Below are positions 19,623-20,000 of a stretch of 20,000 bases of DNA, piece after piece; the first letter of the stretch is position 1; each line of letters opens with the position of its first letter. The stretch is from Spirogloea muscicola (Eukaryota). The notes under the pieces were generated by a model. That model made no database searches and was not told where the DNA came from. It saw only the letters and a list, made by a program, of their open reading frames with translations. The stretch is taken from the NCBI GenBank assembly GCA_009602725.1, contig WELB01000011.1, forward strand, positions 1,039,146 to 1,059,145. The letters run 5' to 3'. The position numbers were made by a program, and so were the translations under genes.

Positions 19623-20000
19623 TACTTTCGCCCCCGCTGCCGCCGGCTGACGAGCTGGCGCCGACGAGCTCATGGCCGCGCCAGTCCCCGGGGCTTCTTC
19701 GGGCGCCACGCTCAAGGCCGCGCCAGACCCTGCCCCCCCCCTCCAAGTGCCTCGCCGCTGCCGAGTTCCCCCGGTCACCCTCGGCTGGGCAGCAGTTCCC
19801 CGTACCTGCGCCAGCGGCAGCTGCTCCTCCCGACGCTTCAAGCCCCACGGCGGCGGCCTCGGGCGCCCCGGCCTCCTCTACCCCGGCGGGAGCCGAGCTC
19901 GTCCTCCCCTACCAAGCGCCTCCTGTCTTCACGGGCAGTGACGGCCTGAGTACGAGCGAGGTTCTGTCCCTTCGGCCACCCAACTCTTGGCGGCCGCGGC

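Noticed and set aside
19672..19941. GC-rich ORF MAAPVPGASS... that could be the first exon of a downstream gene
   Set aside because: The context is plausible, but there is no conserved motif and no clear donor before the stop. It needs sequence beyond the window.

Overview
Intron-rich eukaryotic DNA, most consistent with a green alga or streptophyte (inferred from plant-type gene families, a transit-peptide-like leader and a telo-box). The left 13 kb holds five spliced genes that I reconstructed by hand: the last exon of a PRCC-family gene (+), a 7-exon gene for a stand-alone LarC C-terminal (LarC2-like, nickel-pincer cofactor pathway) domain behind a transit-peptide-like leader (-), an 11-exon class I fructose-bisphosphate aldolase that needs a 6-nt microexon to build its active-site motif (+), a 9-exon PDIA6/PDIL2-type protein disulfide isomerase (-), and a DUS1-type tRNA-dihydrouridine synthase whose 5' end spans an assembly gap (+). 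Several intergenic spaces and most of 15-19.6 kb contain 5'-truncated, nested and inverted fragments of at least two related non-LTR retrotransposon families with a restriction-like endonuclease (CRE-like). One family has a conserved 3'-terminal hairpin plus possible pseudoknot that shows compensatory changes between copies. The most notable item is the eukaryotic, probably organelle-targeted LarC2-only gene, which the ORF track shows only in fragments. All family assignments come from motif recognition, not from database searches.
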